63,797 bases of DNA, filler included, from Octopus bimaculoides (GCF_001194135.2; 6 parts of 6 records of this genome joined end to end with filler, not necessarily neighbours in it); one strand, 5' to 3'; shown: positions 27,759 to 41,640, counted from the whole stretch's first letter. Translations and numbers: made by a program. Notes: a model not told the origin generated them from the sequence alone.

Positions 27759-27902
27759 CATTATTTACATTATTTACATTATTTACATTCAACGGATATT
27801 TGTACTTATCTTGTTTGTTGTTAACACAAACAAGTGTTAACTACAAACAAGATGAGGACAAATATCCGTTGAATGTAAATAATATAAATAATGTAAATAA
27901 TG
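27759..27902. repeat. Long inverted repeat (69-bp arms, 6-nt loop)
   Basis: Arms 27759-27827 and 27834-27902, with 4 mismatches. Confidence 0.92.
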
Positions 27903-30900
27903 TAAATGATGACATTTTATCTATGCAATTTTACCTCCAAGAGGTATGTTTCTGGGCATTTAGCGCTGGCATAATCTGATAATATAAATTATTATAATTA
28001 AAAGTTTCACATACAGAAAATAGTTTTTGGAATACAAATACGCTTATTATTCGATGGTTTATCATGTAGACAAAGAAAAACTATATAGATTTTATTTGAC
28101 ATACTTTAATTTTAAATAAAACTACCGTAACATAATGTAAAAAGCGAATATTCTAGAAATATTAAAGTGCCATGTACTTCGGGAAACGTAACATAAATAG
28201 AATGACTTTCAGTAATTAGAACATTTGGGTCCGTACATTCTAGAATTTGATCACAGAGTCAATCGTACGCGGATAAATTTACGAATTCTTAACAAAGAAT
28301 GTTATTTAAAACCCTACACCTAGCAGAAAAAAAGAAACATGTAGCGATAGCTGAACAGAAGACCCTTTTCTTCATGCAATTGTTTCGGTTCTTGCCTCAT
28401 TACACTCTAAGCGGTCCGGGTTACCTCCCAGTTATGAATCCTGGATATTATTCTGCTTCAACATTTTGTGTTACTGTCCTAATTGCAATCTTCCTTGTTG
28501 CTTAAGTAATTGTTGTGTCGACGCCACCAAGCCAAGAAGTAGGCTCGACCAAGACATATAAATAGAGGTAGTCTGACCGTGGTAGGAGTGGACTGACGGT
28601 TGAGTAGCTGCCGTATAGCGGTTGAGTAGAGATCATCCGAAGGTGCTAGATAGCAGTAAGTTCAGACATAACAGTGTCGACGAGGATTCGCAGCTCATAC
28701 AACCACTGTGTAGTATTGCAATATAATAGTAATCCTAGAACCAATGTACTTGCGTCGTGGTAAGACAGCAGGTGAGCGTAGGATAAATTTTACTTTGTAA
28801 AATTCATTTCTATTTCTCCAATTGGAACTCTTTATAAGTTGCTTCTGCCGATGCCTTATGAAACTGAAGGCCGTCTCATCAGATGATAGGCACAGAAATC
28901 TTTTCATTCCTACCTTTGTGAAACGGACTCTGGTTTGGAAGCCAGATTCTCTGAATCTCTTGGTAAAGCGGCCGTATTTTCCTGTAGATGTAGGTTTCCT
29001 CCACACTTATTCATATGGCACAGTGTGTCCAATGAGAATAACTAATAGAGGCTTTAAAACTGAAGACCCCACGTTAGTCCTATTTCACTGTGTAGTAGCT
29101 TCACAATAGCGTTGACATTTTATAATACTAAAACATAGAGTATGGGGAAAATGGGAAATGCGAACATGTATTGAAACATGTATATATCTGCACTAAATAA
29201 GTCAATAAAGGCATCAGTATTCTTGAAATACTGATGTATACTCTTTGTATAACCTGTTCTATAAACATTTATATTTCTTCGGGTTACAGGTACATGCTTT
29301 TAATTATAAATATATAAATTAGCTTTTCTTATAACTGAATAGATTTAAAGATCATTTTCTTGATCGACATGGCACCTACCCTAAATGAATAGCTAAAAGC
29401 ACTCTGAAATTTGATATCGTTTTAATATTTAATATTTGCAGTTTGTTTAGCACTCATGGCTTCTAAGTGCTATTTGATGGAAGAATTAGGTCAGACGTTT
29501 TGGGAATCATGAAAAACTAACGATTAAATTTTTGATTTATAATTAAAAGAATTGAAATGTTTGCCTGTCTGTGTCTGTACAAGTTGTGAAACACCATTAA
29601 TTGTTCTGTATACACTATTTTAATGTTAAATGCTATCATATTTATTCGGTGGTAAACGTGAAATAATTTATTGACAAACGAGAAATTTATACACATTTAA
29701 GAAAAAAAAATATCAAAAAAGAAATACAAAAAAGAAATACAAGACTCTCTTGAAAGCCAATTTTCCTTTGGTCACCTCTTCTATTTTACTCATAAAATGT
29801 GAAGAACTACATGAATTGTAGAATTCGGCATCCCATGTTTAACACAGTTTGGTAGATTTTGAGTGCAAGTTGGGGAATTTAAGAGAGAGTTGCAACTTGT
29901 AGGAGCGTTAGATATATTCTTATCGGGAAAGTTTGAGTTTACTGGGCCACAGGATGTCACTTACGTAAAGTGAAACTTCAGCAAGAACAAGATAAACATT
30001 AGATTTTTAATCATAATAATTAATTAGTTTGTAAATAGCAACATAAAATAGTGAAAATTATGTATAATAATAAAAGTATATGGGGGGGGGGGCAAACTTC
30101 TTTCATGATGCGTAAAGTCTTATTAAGATGTACATTGAAAGATGTAGAGGCGGATGGGGTGAGATATACTTTTGTACTGAATTGAGCAGGATCAAATGAT
30201 CTAGATACCAGAAATGTTTTAAAATAGTATACGATGTGTCGATTATCTTTAAACCAATGGAAACTATCAATATAAACACATATTTCCATGCATATATTCG
30301 TACATACCTACATAGATACAAACATGCATATATACATACATGCATACTGGTATATATATAAATATCTATACACACACACATATGCATATATACGGGAACG
30401 TCGAACGTCGAGAATGAGTGCTCAACACTGCTATGATGGATAGGATTTCTTTATTTGTGTATTAAGGCTACCGTCGGTTTCAAGTTAAGAAGAAATCTTA
30501 ACATCTTAAGAGTTTTTCAATCCGATTGCTCGGATGAATCGTGTTCGTCTCTATTTTGGATGAAATATATATATATATATATATAGATATGAATACATTT
30601 AATCGTGTCGTATATTTACATATAGGTATTTGTAAGAGTCAGAGAGAAAGAGAGAGTGAGAAAACGGGTGAAGGTTTATGTAAGAGAGAGACTGCTCGGA
30701 CTTAACATGACCTATTTACAAAGTGAAGCCGAATACACACACACACATACACATCGCACGTACACACACATACCCATATGTTCGTATGAAGGTACGAATT
30801 TATCCATGCATGTATGTAAATATGTATGTATGTACGTATGTATCTATCTATCTAAATATATATATATACACACGAAGTACATATGTAAAGTCATTCACAG

Positions 30901-33416
30901 TGAATCTACCTGCGTGATATCCACGTGTGATGTTGGTGAATATACTGAAGCAAATGAAATACACGTGTAGGTTGAAACTTAGCCAAATATTCTGTAATGG
31001 AATATTCAGTTAACTCGTTTAATCATTTGATTGTGCAATGGGCATACACAACAAAGAAACCGACAATTGATATACTTATGAAAATTTTAGTTTACCTATA
31101 TCGATCTAAGATATCATGCTTTCGATCTAGATAGAAAGTACATTGTAGACAAGCAACATAGCATATGCCAATAAGCAACAGATAAGTTCTTCGAGTTCTC
31201 TTATCAATCTTGTATTGTATGATATCAAATTATTGTTTATAAATGATTTTCACACCGAAAGAAGCTGGCAATATCGTTTAATATCGTTAATAATTATATC
31301 GTAGACATTCGTGTGCATATATACTAACATGTACATAGAAAAATTCACTGAGGCACACCAACATGCAAATCCACTCACAAGGCTTTGGTCGGCCCTAAGC
31401 TATAGTAGAAGACACTTACCCAAGTTTCCACATGTATATGTAGGTGTGTGTATATGTGTGTATATGGTGTGTGTGAGAGAATGTGTGTGAGAATGTATGT
31501 ATCTATACTTATTTATACGTTTGTATATTTATATATGTATACATATATGTATATACACACACACATATTGATCGGCATATGCATACGAAATCACCATGAT
31601 GTGGTTTATTTAGTGCAATAATAATATGTTACAGCTGAGCTATATACAAGACTATAATCTGAGTAGAGCTAAATCAAGTCTAATCATTAACACTGGGCAT
31701 TATAAGTAGAATATCATACCACGGGCGTTCGTAAACTATGTTGTATATTTCTATCAATCTTCATACTGTTTATTATTAAGGAGATAAGAATGGCGTTACT
31801 CCAATTATTGCAGTTTATGCTATGTTTCAATTATGTTGAAGGATATAAAATAATCGCTATTCAGGAAAACAGGGTAATTTTCATGTCTAGTTACTTGTTG
31901 CTATTCATGTTACATCTGACTGATCAGGCTGAGATGTACAAGACATGAATATCTTCCACTCTTTTCAGTCTGTTTATATTGCATTATTGTTTCGAAAGTG
32001 TTTCCTTTGAAAACAATAAAGCATAGTTTGGCTGCTATTTCTCTAACAGCCACATGAAGTATTCCCGCAGCGGAGCATCATGTACCTTAAAATGTTAAAA
32101 GCGGACGAAGTTTCATATTTTGTTGGTAAGAAAACATGGTTTCAAGCAATAACTGTGAGCATATAATTAATAAACGCGAGGACTTGTACCCTGCTATGCC
32201 TCACATCAGATACAATGAATATGTTTGCGTGCTACATTCAAGAAAGTATGTATATATAATTACATTACGGTGTACGGATAATCAATGATATACAATGTAA
32301 ACACGTGTAATATATATTCATATGTTCATTAAATACACATTATGCAATTGTATTGAGCAACAGTATATGTATTTCATATAGAGACACATTATTCCAGATT
32401 TTGTATAACATTCAACAAGAGAAGTTTCTATTGGTCATAAACGGGTGCACTCTTCCAAAAGTTCATGCCTATAATTAGCAATAACAGATAAATGGGCGAA
32501 AGAAATGTTTTGTCTACAGAACTGTTTTTAATTCTGAGGAGACTTCAAAAAGGCTAATTGAACAAAAGATGTTTTCTGTCGGATCAAATGTAAAGACATA
32601 TCAACATAAAAAGGTACTTCGTATGTAAATTCTGAAGCGTATATGTATACATACATGCATGGTGACTAATGCATACATAAGAATATATATATATATATAA
32701 CATATACATCTACATATACATATATGTACACAGAAACACACATTTATACGTATATATATTATACAGACTAAAATAAACAAAAATCATTTCTACTATAGGC
32801 AAAAGGTCTGACATTTTGGAGGAAAGGCTCCGATTGTAACATCCCCCATCCCAGTTCTTAAATGGTAATTATTTGATCGACTCCGAAAGAATTAATGGCA
32901 AAGCTGACCTCGGTGGAATTTGAACTCAAAAGAGAAAAACGGAAGAAATTGGTTGGTTGGTTGGTTTTCCAGTTCAGAGAGAGAGGGAGAAATAAAAAAA
33001 AAGGAGATGCTGTTTGAGTTAACATAAGAGATACAGTTTGAGTGCATATAATAGGCTTGGCGGCAGGCAATGGGTAAATAGACGTGACATTCACACAGAG
33101 TGAGAGATAAGTAATCATAGACACATAGGAGGAAGAGGGGGAGTAAATGACTGAATAGTTATGGGTGGAAGTGCTGAAAAGTCTAACTTTCTGTGTATGA
33201 TTATATATTAATATTATAAAATTACTTCTTTTAGAAATAAGTATCCATATCATAATTTGCAATAAAGACTAAGATATTTGATAAAAGTATTTCTGTATGC
33301 TATATCGCCAGATATGGATAATGTATACATACAACTTTGCCAGTCGAAGATTTTTCAATTCTTCCTGAGCGTTATGCTAATACTCCTTGTTGTTCCTACA
33401 CGTGTCTTTGTCTTTT

Positions 33417-33503
<87 letters not shown>

Positions 33504-34299
33504 CATGTTTGTGCATTTGTGTGTATGCATGTGTATATGCATGTATGTGCCCGTGCGTTTGTGCGTGTGTGTGTGTGAATGTACATGTTCTTTTATAATT
33601 TTAACCTTAAGCTTTATTAATTTTACATCTATAATTTTCAAAGTCATTTTACATTTTTCCTTACTTCAATTTCGTCGCTTTTGTGTTAGTATGACCGTCT
33701 TGCTCTAAGTCGTTTAAACACGGGCTCCGTATTAAATGAGGTTGTCGCTGCACATCATGAAAAATGGTACCTCCATATCATAGATAATATAAAGCACACC
33801 ATTTTCGCATCTGTGCGAGATGAATTTCAATTCCTGAGGTAATATATTGCAATTAGATAAAATTAATGTAGTTGCTGGACCATGTGGGGATCATCTTTAG
33901 ATTTTTTAAAATATTATTTTCTAATTCATTTGTTCATATTGTTGTAATGATCTACGCAGGTGTGGTAGCTATGTTTTTACTATTATGCTTGCATTACTGC
34001 TACTAATAATTTGCCTCTGTTTCGGTTTATCTAACAGATTTAGGCATATAAGAATTTTTCAACGTAATCCTTTCTTGCGCAACAAAATTACCCAGCTCGT
34101 TTTATCATTTACTAGGCTAAAATCTATGTAAGTTAGAGCTAAGATTTCTATCAGGCTGAGCTCACTTTCGCAACTTCCATATATATATATATATATATAN
34201 NNNNNNNNNNNNNNNNNNNNNNNNNNNNNNNNNNNNNNNNNNNTTAATTAATTAANNNNNNNNNNNNNNNNNNNNNNNNNNNNNNNNNNNNNNNNNNNN

Positions 34300-34367
<68 letters not shown>

Positions 34368-34417
34368 CACGCATGCATGGTTGTTTGTGATTAAGAAGCC
34401 TGCTTTACAACAACGTG

Positions 34418-34695
34418 TGAAAGCGCGTGGCTTAGTGGTCAGGGTATTCGGCTCATGATCATAACGTCATAAGTTCGATTCCCGTCGGCACGTTGTGTCC
34501 TTAAGCAAAATTCCTTTATTTCACGTTGCTTCTGTCTACTCAACCGGCAAAAGTGAGTTGTACTTGTAATTCAAAAGGGCCAGCCTTCTCACATTCTGTG
34601 TCACGCTGAATCTCCCTGAGAACTACGTTAAGGGTACACATGTCTGTATAATGTTTAGCCGCCTGCATTCAATTTCTCGAGCAGGCTGTTCCCTT
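34418..34695 (+). mobile_element. Degenerate SINE family B
   Basis: Same body motifs as above. Confidence 0.75.
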
Positions 34696-34968
34696 AATGT
34701 GTATTTGTATGAATATGACTGTGTGTGTATATCTTTGTGTTTGTGTCTGTCATCCCATCGCTTGACATATCGTTGTTGGTTTGCTTACATCCCTCTAACG
34801 TAGTGGTTCTGCAAAAGTGAACAATAAAATAAATACTACATTTCAAAAATAAATAGCGGGAGCTGACGTGTTCGACCAAACCCTACCATTCCAGTAAAGT
34901 TCAGTTGCTCCAACATGGCCGCAGTCCTATATCTAAAGATATATATATTTATATATATATATATAAAC

Positions 34969-35156
34969 GCAGGCGTGACTGTGCAGTAAGAAGCTTGCTT
35001 CCCAACCACATGGTTCCGGGTTCAGTCCCACAGCCTAGTGCCTTGGGTGTCTTCTGCTATAGCTTCGGACCGACCAAAGCCTTGTGAATGGATTTGGTAG
35101 ACGGAGACCGAAAGAAGCCTGTCGTGTGCGTGCGTGCGTGCGTGTGTGTATGTGTG

Positions 35157-35198
<42 letters not shown>

Positions 35199-35370
35199 TT
35201 CCTCCACCACCGCGTGAGAGCCGGTGCTGGTGTGTTTACGTCCGCATAACTTAGCGGTTCGGCAAAAGAATTCGATAGAACAAGTACCAGCCTTTAAAAA
35301 AATACTGGGGTCGATACATTCGTCTAAAATTCTTCAAGCCGGTGCTGCAGCCCGGCCGCAGTCTAATGAC
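34969..35370 (+). mobile_element. SINE family C with internal (GT)n
   Basis: Head gcaggcgtgactgtgcagtaagaagcttgcttcccaaccacatggttccgggttcagtccc. 3'-half-only copies at 3600-3760, 12893-13112 and 34735-34935; head-only copies at 48245-48402, 49255-49345 and 31360-31435. Confidence 0.8.
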
Positions 35371-35404
35371 TGGAACAAGTATGTGTACATATGGAGGAGG
35401 CACC

Positions 35405-35790
35405 CGTTAGTCTCGTGAAACCATGGATGATTCATGATTTATGAGAACGTCTTGTGGTCTTAATGGCGAGGCAGGATCTGTTGTGACCGTAAAACATGTG
35501 AGTGAAGTTCCAGTTGCAGCGATTGAAAGCGTTGTCTGCCAACAGCAAATCCGACCTTCTCTTCTCTTTTTAAAGCCTTGTCTACTTCTAGCCTCCAATG
35601 TCGTCTCACTGTTCAATGTTCATAAAAGGAGATTTCATGTCCCTCTTGCAGACATCTTTGAAACTACCTGTTCTTTTACCAGAGGCCGGTTAACTATGCA
35701 ATAGGTCTTTTGGGCTTCTCCGATCTGATATATGGTGTTCCTAGTCAACAGAGGCGTCGTTGTTGCAATTGGACGAAGAGGCTGAGCATC
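35405..35790 (-). mobile_element. Degenerate RTE-clade LINE 3' coding fragment
   Basis: LQQRRLC*LG...ASGKRTGSFKDVCKRDMK resembles the RTE C-terminal region; many stops. Confidence 0.7.
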
Positions 35791-35792
35791 TT

Positions 35793-35839
<47 letters not shown>

Positions 35840-35950
35840 CAAGCCCATCCTGATATTGCGTATCATCTTGTTTGTTTGTTTTTACACACACAGACACACA
35901 CACAAACACATACACAGAGACACACACACACACACACACACATAAACACA

Positions 35951-36026
<76 letters not shown>

Positions 36027-36314
36027 TATGCATGTATATACAGCAATCCACTGCATTACATGAGTAATGAGCTTCTAAAAAAGAACTGCCGTAATGTGAC
36101 AACAAAATTTCACATTGACTTTCATGTTATTAAGTGCTAATGCGATCCGTCGGATTTTTTTCGGAAAAAAAAGAATAGATTCTATGCATCATCATTCAAC
36201 ATCTGCTTGAGGAGCGAAGATATAAAATGGTGCGATGTTTATTGCGCATCATCTCTTTGTACAGTTCAGTGTAGAAATTTAGCTTATTTTAAACTCTTAT
36301 AGGTTTTATGTAGT

Positions 36315-36700
36315 GGAGGCACAATGGCCTAGTGGTTAGGGCAGCGGACTCGCGGTCATAGGATCGCGGTTTCGATTCCCAGACCGGGCGTTGTGAGTGT
36401 TTATTGAGCGAAAACACCTAAAGCACCACGAGGCTCCGGCAGGGGATGGTGGCGAACCCTGCTGTATTCTTTCACCACAACTTTCTCTCACTCTTACTTC
36501 CTGTTTCTGTTGTGCCTGTAATTCAAAGGGCCAGCCTTGTCACATTGTGTCACGCTGAATATCCCCGAGAATTACGTTAAGGGTACACGTGTCTGTGGAG
36601 TGCTCAGCCACTTGCACGTTAATTTCACGAGCAGGCTGTTCCGTTGATCGGATCAACTGGAACCCTCGACGTCGTTGTTGGCGACGGAGTGCCAACAACA
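36315..36700 (+). mobile_element. tRNA-derived SINE family B, full length
   Basis: Head gaggcacaatggcctagtggttagggcagcggactcgcgg...ggtttcgattccc; (caa) tail. Older copies at 25468-25745, 34418-34695 and 5970-6035. Confidence 0.9.
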
Positions 36701-36706
36701 TAGGTT

Positions 36707-37935
36707 TTATGTTACATTTATAAGTGTTATCAGCAGCAAAACTTTCAGGCTTTCCTCGATAAGTGCCAACGCTTTTGCAATATTCTTTGCGCTCAATTTA
36801 AGTGGAGGTGCTGGAATTTCCGTATCTGTATTCTGAGCCAGCTCTTGTTCTAATATCATCAATTCCGCGTTAGATAAACTTTCTCTATGGGACACTAGCA
36901 ACCAAACCGCATCATACTGTATGACTTCTTTAAATCTTAAATCATTTGCAAGAGTCACAATATCTTTCCGAGTTTAACGTAGACTTTCTGATTGTAGAGA
37001 ACTTGTAAAGTCATGGATACAGTCTAGTCATATAGTTTTCCAAGCACCATGCAAAGCTGAGGGTTTCACTTCACCCCATGACTTAGTCTTGTTACACCCA
37101 GCATTCATTGTTAAACATCTTTCATAAGTCTCCATCTTTTTCAGTTGTCCGCCTTTTCAATTGGTTTCATAAGTTGATGTCAAATAATATACCTTAGGGT
37201 TTGCCATTTCAGATTGATCATTTAGCTGGAGAAAAGAAGATGTACTCTTGGGGATATATTTTACTATCGCATTACCAGAAAGCTCATTTAAGCTCATTAG
37301 GCGGTTTGCTGCATTGTTAAAAAAAAGTCAATGCTTTGTTGCACCTTTCTACAAGACAAAAGAAATACATGTAAACCACTCTTCGAAAACGCTCTTAGCC
37401 ATCCTTGCTTTCTTATTCGAACATCAATTCAGGGGTAAATTAAACATTGTACTCCAGTTGTACTCCTTGAAATCCTTTGGATTTCCGGAGTGATACACGA
37501 ATAGGTGATTTAATATCATATCACCAAAGACATTTCCTCTCAAAAGAACATCAAACGAATTTTGGAAGCTTTAAATCCTAGTGCTGATTTGTATTCTGGG
37601 GAAACAGAAGTTAGGGATGCGCTATAAAAGTGCAGCTTTATCTTCATTGCACACTTGCTCTGCTGTGTTGCCCCCTTCGGCAAAATTTTTTTACAGCTAT
37701 TTAGAATAATTAGTAGCAGCACTAGCGGCTTCATCAATCATTTTTATGTTATGCAAATTCGAACCTTTCAAACCAACCTTTTATTTATACATTTCATCTT
37801 CCCTTTTCTGCAATTCGTCATTCAAACTTCTAGTTTCTTTTTTTTTTTTTATTGCCATCGTGCTTATCGGTGCATTACGTCGAGTCTGATCCTTGAACCG
37901 TGTGCCAAAGAGCCGCCCCATTTTAAGCATCACAT
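36707..37935 (-). pseudogene. Decayed pogo/Tigger (CENP-B-like DDE) transposase
   Basis: ALGFKASKIRLM resembles Tigger PGFKASKDRLT; VYHSGNP; LLVSHRESLSNAELMILEQE resembles the Tigger C-terminal acidic region; many stops. Confidence 0.75.
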
Positions 37936-38363
37936 TAGATTTATGAAAAAGATACAAAAANNNNNNNNNNNNNNNNNNNNNNNNNNNNNNNNNNNNNNNN
38001 NNNNNNNNNNNNNNNNNNNNNNNNNNNNNNNNNNNNNNNNNNNNNNNNNNNNNNNNNNNNNNNNNNNNNNNNNNNNNNNNNNNNNNNNNNNNNNNNNNNN
38101 NNNNNNNNNNNNNNNNNNNNNNNNNNNNNNNNNNNNNNNNNNNNNNNNNNNNNNNNNNNNNNNNNNNNNNNNNNNNNNNNNNNNNNNNNNNNNNNNNNNN
38201 NNNNNNNNNNNNNNNNNNNNNNNNNNNNNNNNNNNNNNNNNNNNNNNNNNNNNNNNNNNNCTTGATTTCTATATAAATCCACCAAGAAATATAAATCCAC
38301 CAAGAAATGCATCAAGAAAGACTGTTTTGTAAGAACAAAAGAAAATGTTTTATTCCTATAGAT

Positions 38364-38707
38364 CAGTATTCTCGACCAGGTTCCATATAAGATTTCTGGG
38401 GGTCCACACAAGCAAAATCGGGTCTACAATAGCATTTTATGGGTCCATGAAATTTTTTTGCTTTAGGTGTGTGTATTATAAGAAATAGTCAGGTTTCTTT
38501 CTCTGACGTTTTACATAGTTCAGCCTACACAAGGGAATGCACGATAAGCAAAGTATGAATTTTGAAAGAAGCATCTATAAAACTAGTTTTTAAACATCAG
38601 GAAGCTAGTGGGGGGGATTCAGCAGAATAAAATAACAATGGGAGTCCACTAGAATAAAGTAATAATCAAAGGGGTCCACAGATAAAAAAAATGGTGGAGA
38701 ATCGTTG
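38364..38707. mobile_element. hAT/Charlie-type MITE
   Basis: Degenerate TIR CAGTATTCTCGACC...GGTGGAGAATCGTTG; 8-bp flanking duplication ctatagat / ctataaat. Confidence 0.65.
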
Positions 38708-39015
38708 CTATAAATGTATGAATAAAAATAAAAAGAAAACGGGAAGGAATGGTGTGGAAAGAAGTACTGCATAATTATAAATAGTTGATGGGTAATCAGG
38801 TTCATGGGTACTTCGTTTCGTGCACCTCGGATTTGAGCCGTAAAACTCCGCACTCTACGATCTATACAAATAGATACAGTGCGGTGTAAATACTGCAGTT
38901 TTAGGGTGCAGTTGTTTCTTCTGAGGGGGTAAATACTCTGGTGCTGCGGTACAAAGGTTGAAGATTTCTGCTCTAACGATTCTCTAAAACCCATCACTCT
39001 AGTAATAGAATTATT

Positions 39016-39776
39016 GGATCTTTTTGGTTTGACGGGCAACATTTTTCATTTATGTTTTATGTAGTATTTTTGGTACCGAAACACTTTCAAACTTCGTATA
39101 TTTGTATATTTTGTTTTATAGAACAGATAAAAACCCTATAACTCATAACCATAACCCTAACCCCAACTCTAACCCTAAAACCTTAACCCTAACTCTAAAA
39201 CCCGAACCCTAACCCAAACGCACGAACGATGTTATAAATAACTACCGCCGATAGTTGTTGTTGACAAACAACGGCACTAATTTTATTCAAGGGAAAAGAT
39301 CCCATAACATCGTTACGGCAGTACTTGTTTTCACCTCAATAGACGTCAGTGATTGGTTGAAATTACACAAATACGACAACTTTAACATGAAATNNNNNNN
39401 NNNCCCTAACCCCAACTCTAACCCTAAAACCTTAACCCTAACTCTAAAACCCGAACCCTAACCCAAACGCACGAACGATGTTATAAATAACTACCGCCGA
39501 TAGTTGTTGTTGACAAACAACGGCACTAATTTTATTCAAGGGAAAAGATCCCATAACATCGTTACGGCAGTACTTGTTTTCACCTCAATAGACGTCAGTG
39601 ATTGGTTGAAATTACACAAATACGACAACTTTAACATGAAATAACTTATTAAGAACTAATTTTTGTTAAGAAGGCTAAGAGAAAAAGATGTTTTATATGA
39701 CACATTCTACCAGTATCATAAGTTTGAAAGTGTTTCGTTAAGAAAACAAGTGTTGCCCGTCAAACCAAAAAGATCC
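39016..39776. mobile_element. Non-autonomous TIR element with 8-bp TSD carrying a telomere-like CCCTAA array
   Basis: 26-bp perfect TIR GGATCTTTTTGGTTTGACGGGCAACA; 18-bp subterminal inverted repeat (39077-39094 / 39720-39737); TSD GAATTATT at 39008-39015 and 39777-39784. Confidence 0.85.
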
Positions 39777-40439
39777 GAATTATTTCTAAAAAAAAAAAAG
39801 GGGGCATTTCTTTTATGGGGAGGTCTATATACGATTTAATCTACTTCAGAACATTACTAGTAGGTATTTCATCGTAGCTTAGGATGACGAAAGACAACGT
39901 CAACGTGGGTAGAATTTGAACTTAAAACGTAAAGGGTCATAATCAAATACTACAGCTCATTAGTTAGTCGTTCCCCAACCGATTCTGCTAAGCGCCGGCA
40001 TTTGTAACAAAAGCAGCAACAGTCTGTTTTTTAAGATAGTAATTACAAAAGTAACAACAACAACAATAAAAGAAACAACAACAACAAATACCAAAAAAAC
40101 AACAAGAAAAAGAAAAGAAACAGCAAGAGCTAGGGCAGCTCCTTTGTGATAAATCCCCAATGTCTTTTCCAATAAAGGGCCTCCGTTCGAAACAGTTCTC
40201 ATGACACACTTACATACAGCTGTTTTGTCAATATGTCCTGTTGCCATCGCCACCTGGTGCCAGATGTACGTGTTTAACTCCTCATCAATGAAAAAGCCAG
40301 GCTGCAACAGTTGACGTGGAATAAAATATGTCGTGACGTTGAGATAGATATCGACATACACTTGAAGCTTGATATTATTGGTAACACATGGTACCATTGC
40401 ACTTCTACACTGCAACCTAGCTTTAAACCACTACGCTGC

Positions 40440-41240
40440 TAAGCAATATACTGCAATTTTTACACTCAGACTGCAATGTTACTAAACTATCTCTAGTCTA
40501 CACAGCTATATACTGTAATTCTTATACTACACTGCAATGTTACGAAACTGCCACTACTCTACACAGCTATATACTGTAATTCTTATACTACACTGCAATG
40601 TTACGAAACTACCATTACTCTACACAGCTATATACTATAATTTTTACACCCACACTACAATGTTGCTAAACTACCACTACTCTACACAGCTATATACTGT
40701 AATTTTTACACCACACTACAATGTTACGAAACTACCTCTACTCTACACAGCTCTGCGCTGTAATTTTTACACTATCCAATCACTACTCTACACAGCTATA
40801 TACTGTAATTTTTATACTACACTGCAATGTTGCGAAACTACCACTAGTTTACACAGCTATATACTATAACTTTACACTACCCTACAATGTTACGAAACTA
40901 CCTCTAATCTACACAGCTATATACTGTAATTCTTATACTACACTGCAATGTTACGAAACAGCCACTACTCTACACAGCTATATACTGTAATTCTTATACT
41001 ACACTGCAATGTTACGAAACTACCATTACTCTACACAGCTATATACTATCATTTTTACACCCACACTACAATGTTGCTAAACTACCTCTACTCTACACAG
41101 CTATATACTGTAATTTTTACACCACACTGCAATGTCAGCACGCTACCACTTTACCGTAAAACTGTATACTGCAATTTTTACTCGACATACCACTACACCA
41201 CACAGCTATATACTGTAATGTTTGCACCACACTACAATGT
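40440..41240. repeat. 61-bp minisatellite, about 13 units
   Basis: Unit tacacagctatatactgtaattcttatactacactgcaatgttacgaaactaccactactc. Confidence 0.95.
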
Positions 41241-41417
41241 CATTACAGCAACACCAGCACCACTACTACTACACTGCACAGCTATATACTGCAATTTTTA
41301 CACTACACTACTACTATCGTGCACAGTAGTACACTGTCGTATTTATGTGTATATCACTACAGTGTAACTACCTCACCATTACACTGTAATACACTGCAAT
41401 ATTTATATCATATTGCA

Positions 41418-41640
41418 AGGGCGGGGACCTGGTAGAATCGTTAGCACGCCTGACGAAATGCTTAGCGGTATTTCGTCCGTCTTTACGTTCTGAGTTCAAA
41501 ATTCAGCCGCGGTTGACTTTGCCTTTCATCCTTTCGGGGTCGATGAAAGGAATAACAGTTGAGCGTTAGGGTCAATGTAATCGACTCAGGTCCCTCCCAC
41601 GAAATTTCTGGTCTTGTGCCAAAATTTGATACCAATATTT
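41418..41640 (+). mobile_element. SINE family A
   Basis: As above. Further degenerate copies at 3322-3545, 17350-17500, 32787-32935, 39855-39995 and 60536-60750. Confidence 0.8.

Noticed and set aside
28511-28770. GC-richer island starting TGTTGTG with a TATA-like tataaatag, possibly a solo LTR
   Set aside because: No TSD, polyA signal or second copy found.
28695-29109. Overlapping 103-aa and 95-aa ORFs on opposite strands
   Set aside because: No domain motif and no convincing splice sites.
36315-36390. tRNA-like sequence with A and B boxes
   Set aside because: It is a SINE head, with no complete acceptor stem and followed by a SINE body; not a tRNA gene.
39155-39642. 239-bp exact direct duplication around a 10-N gap
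   Set aside because: Unmerged contig overlap.
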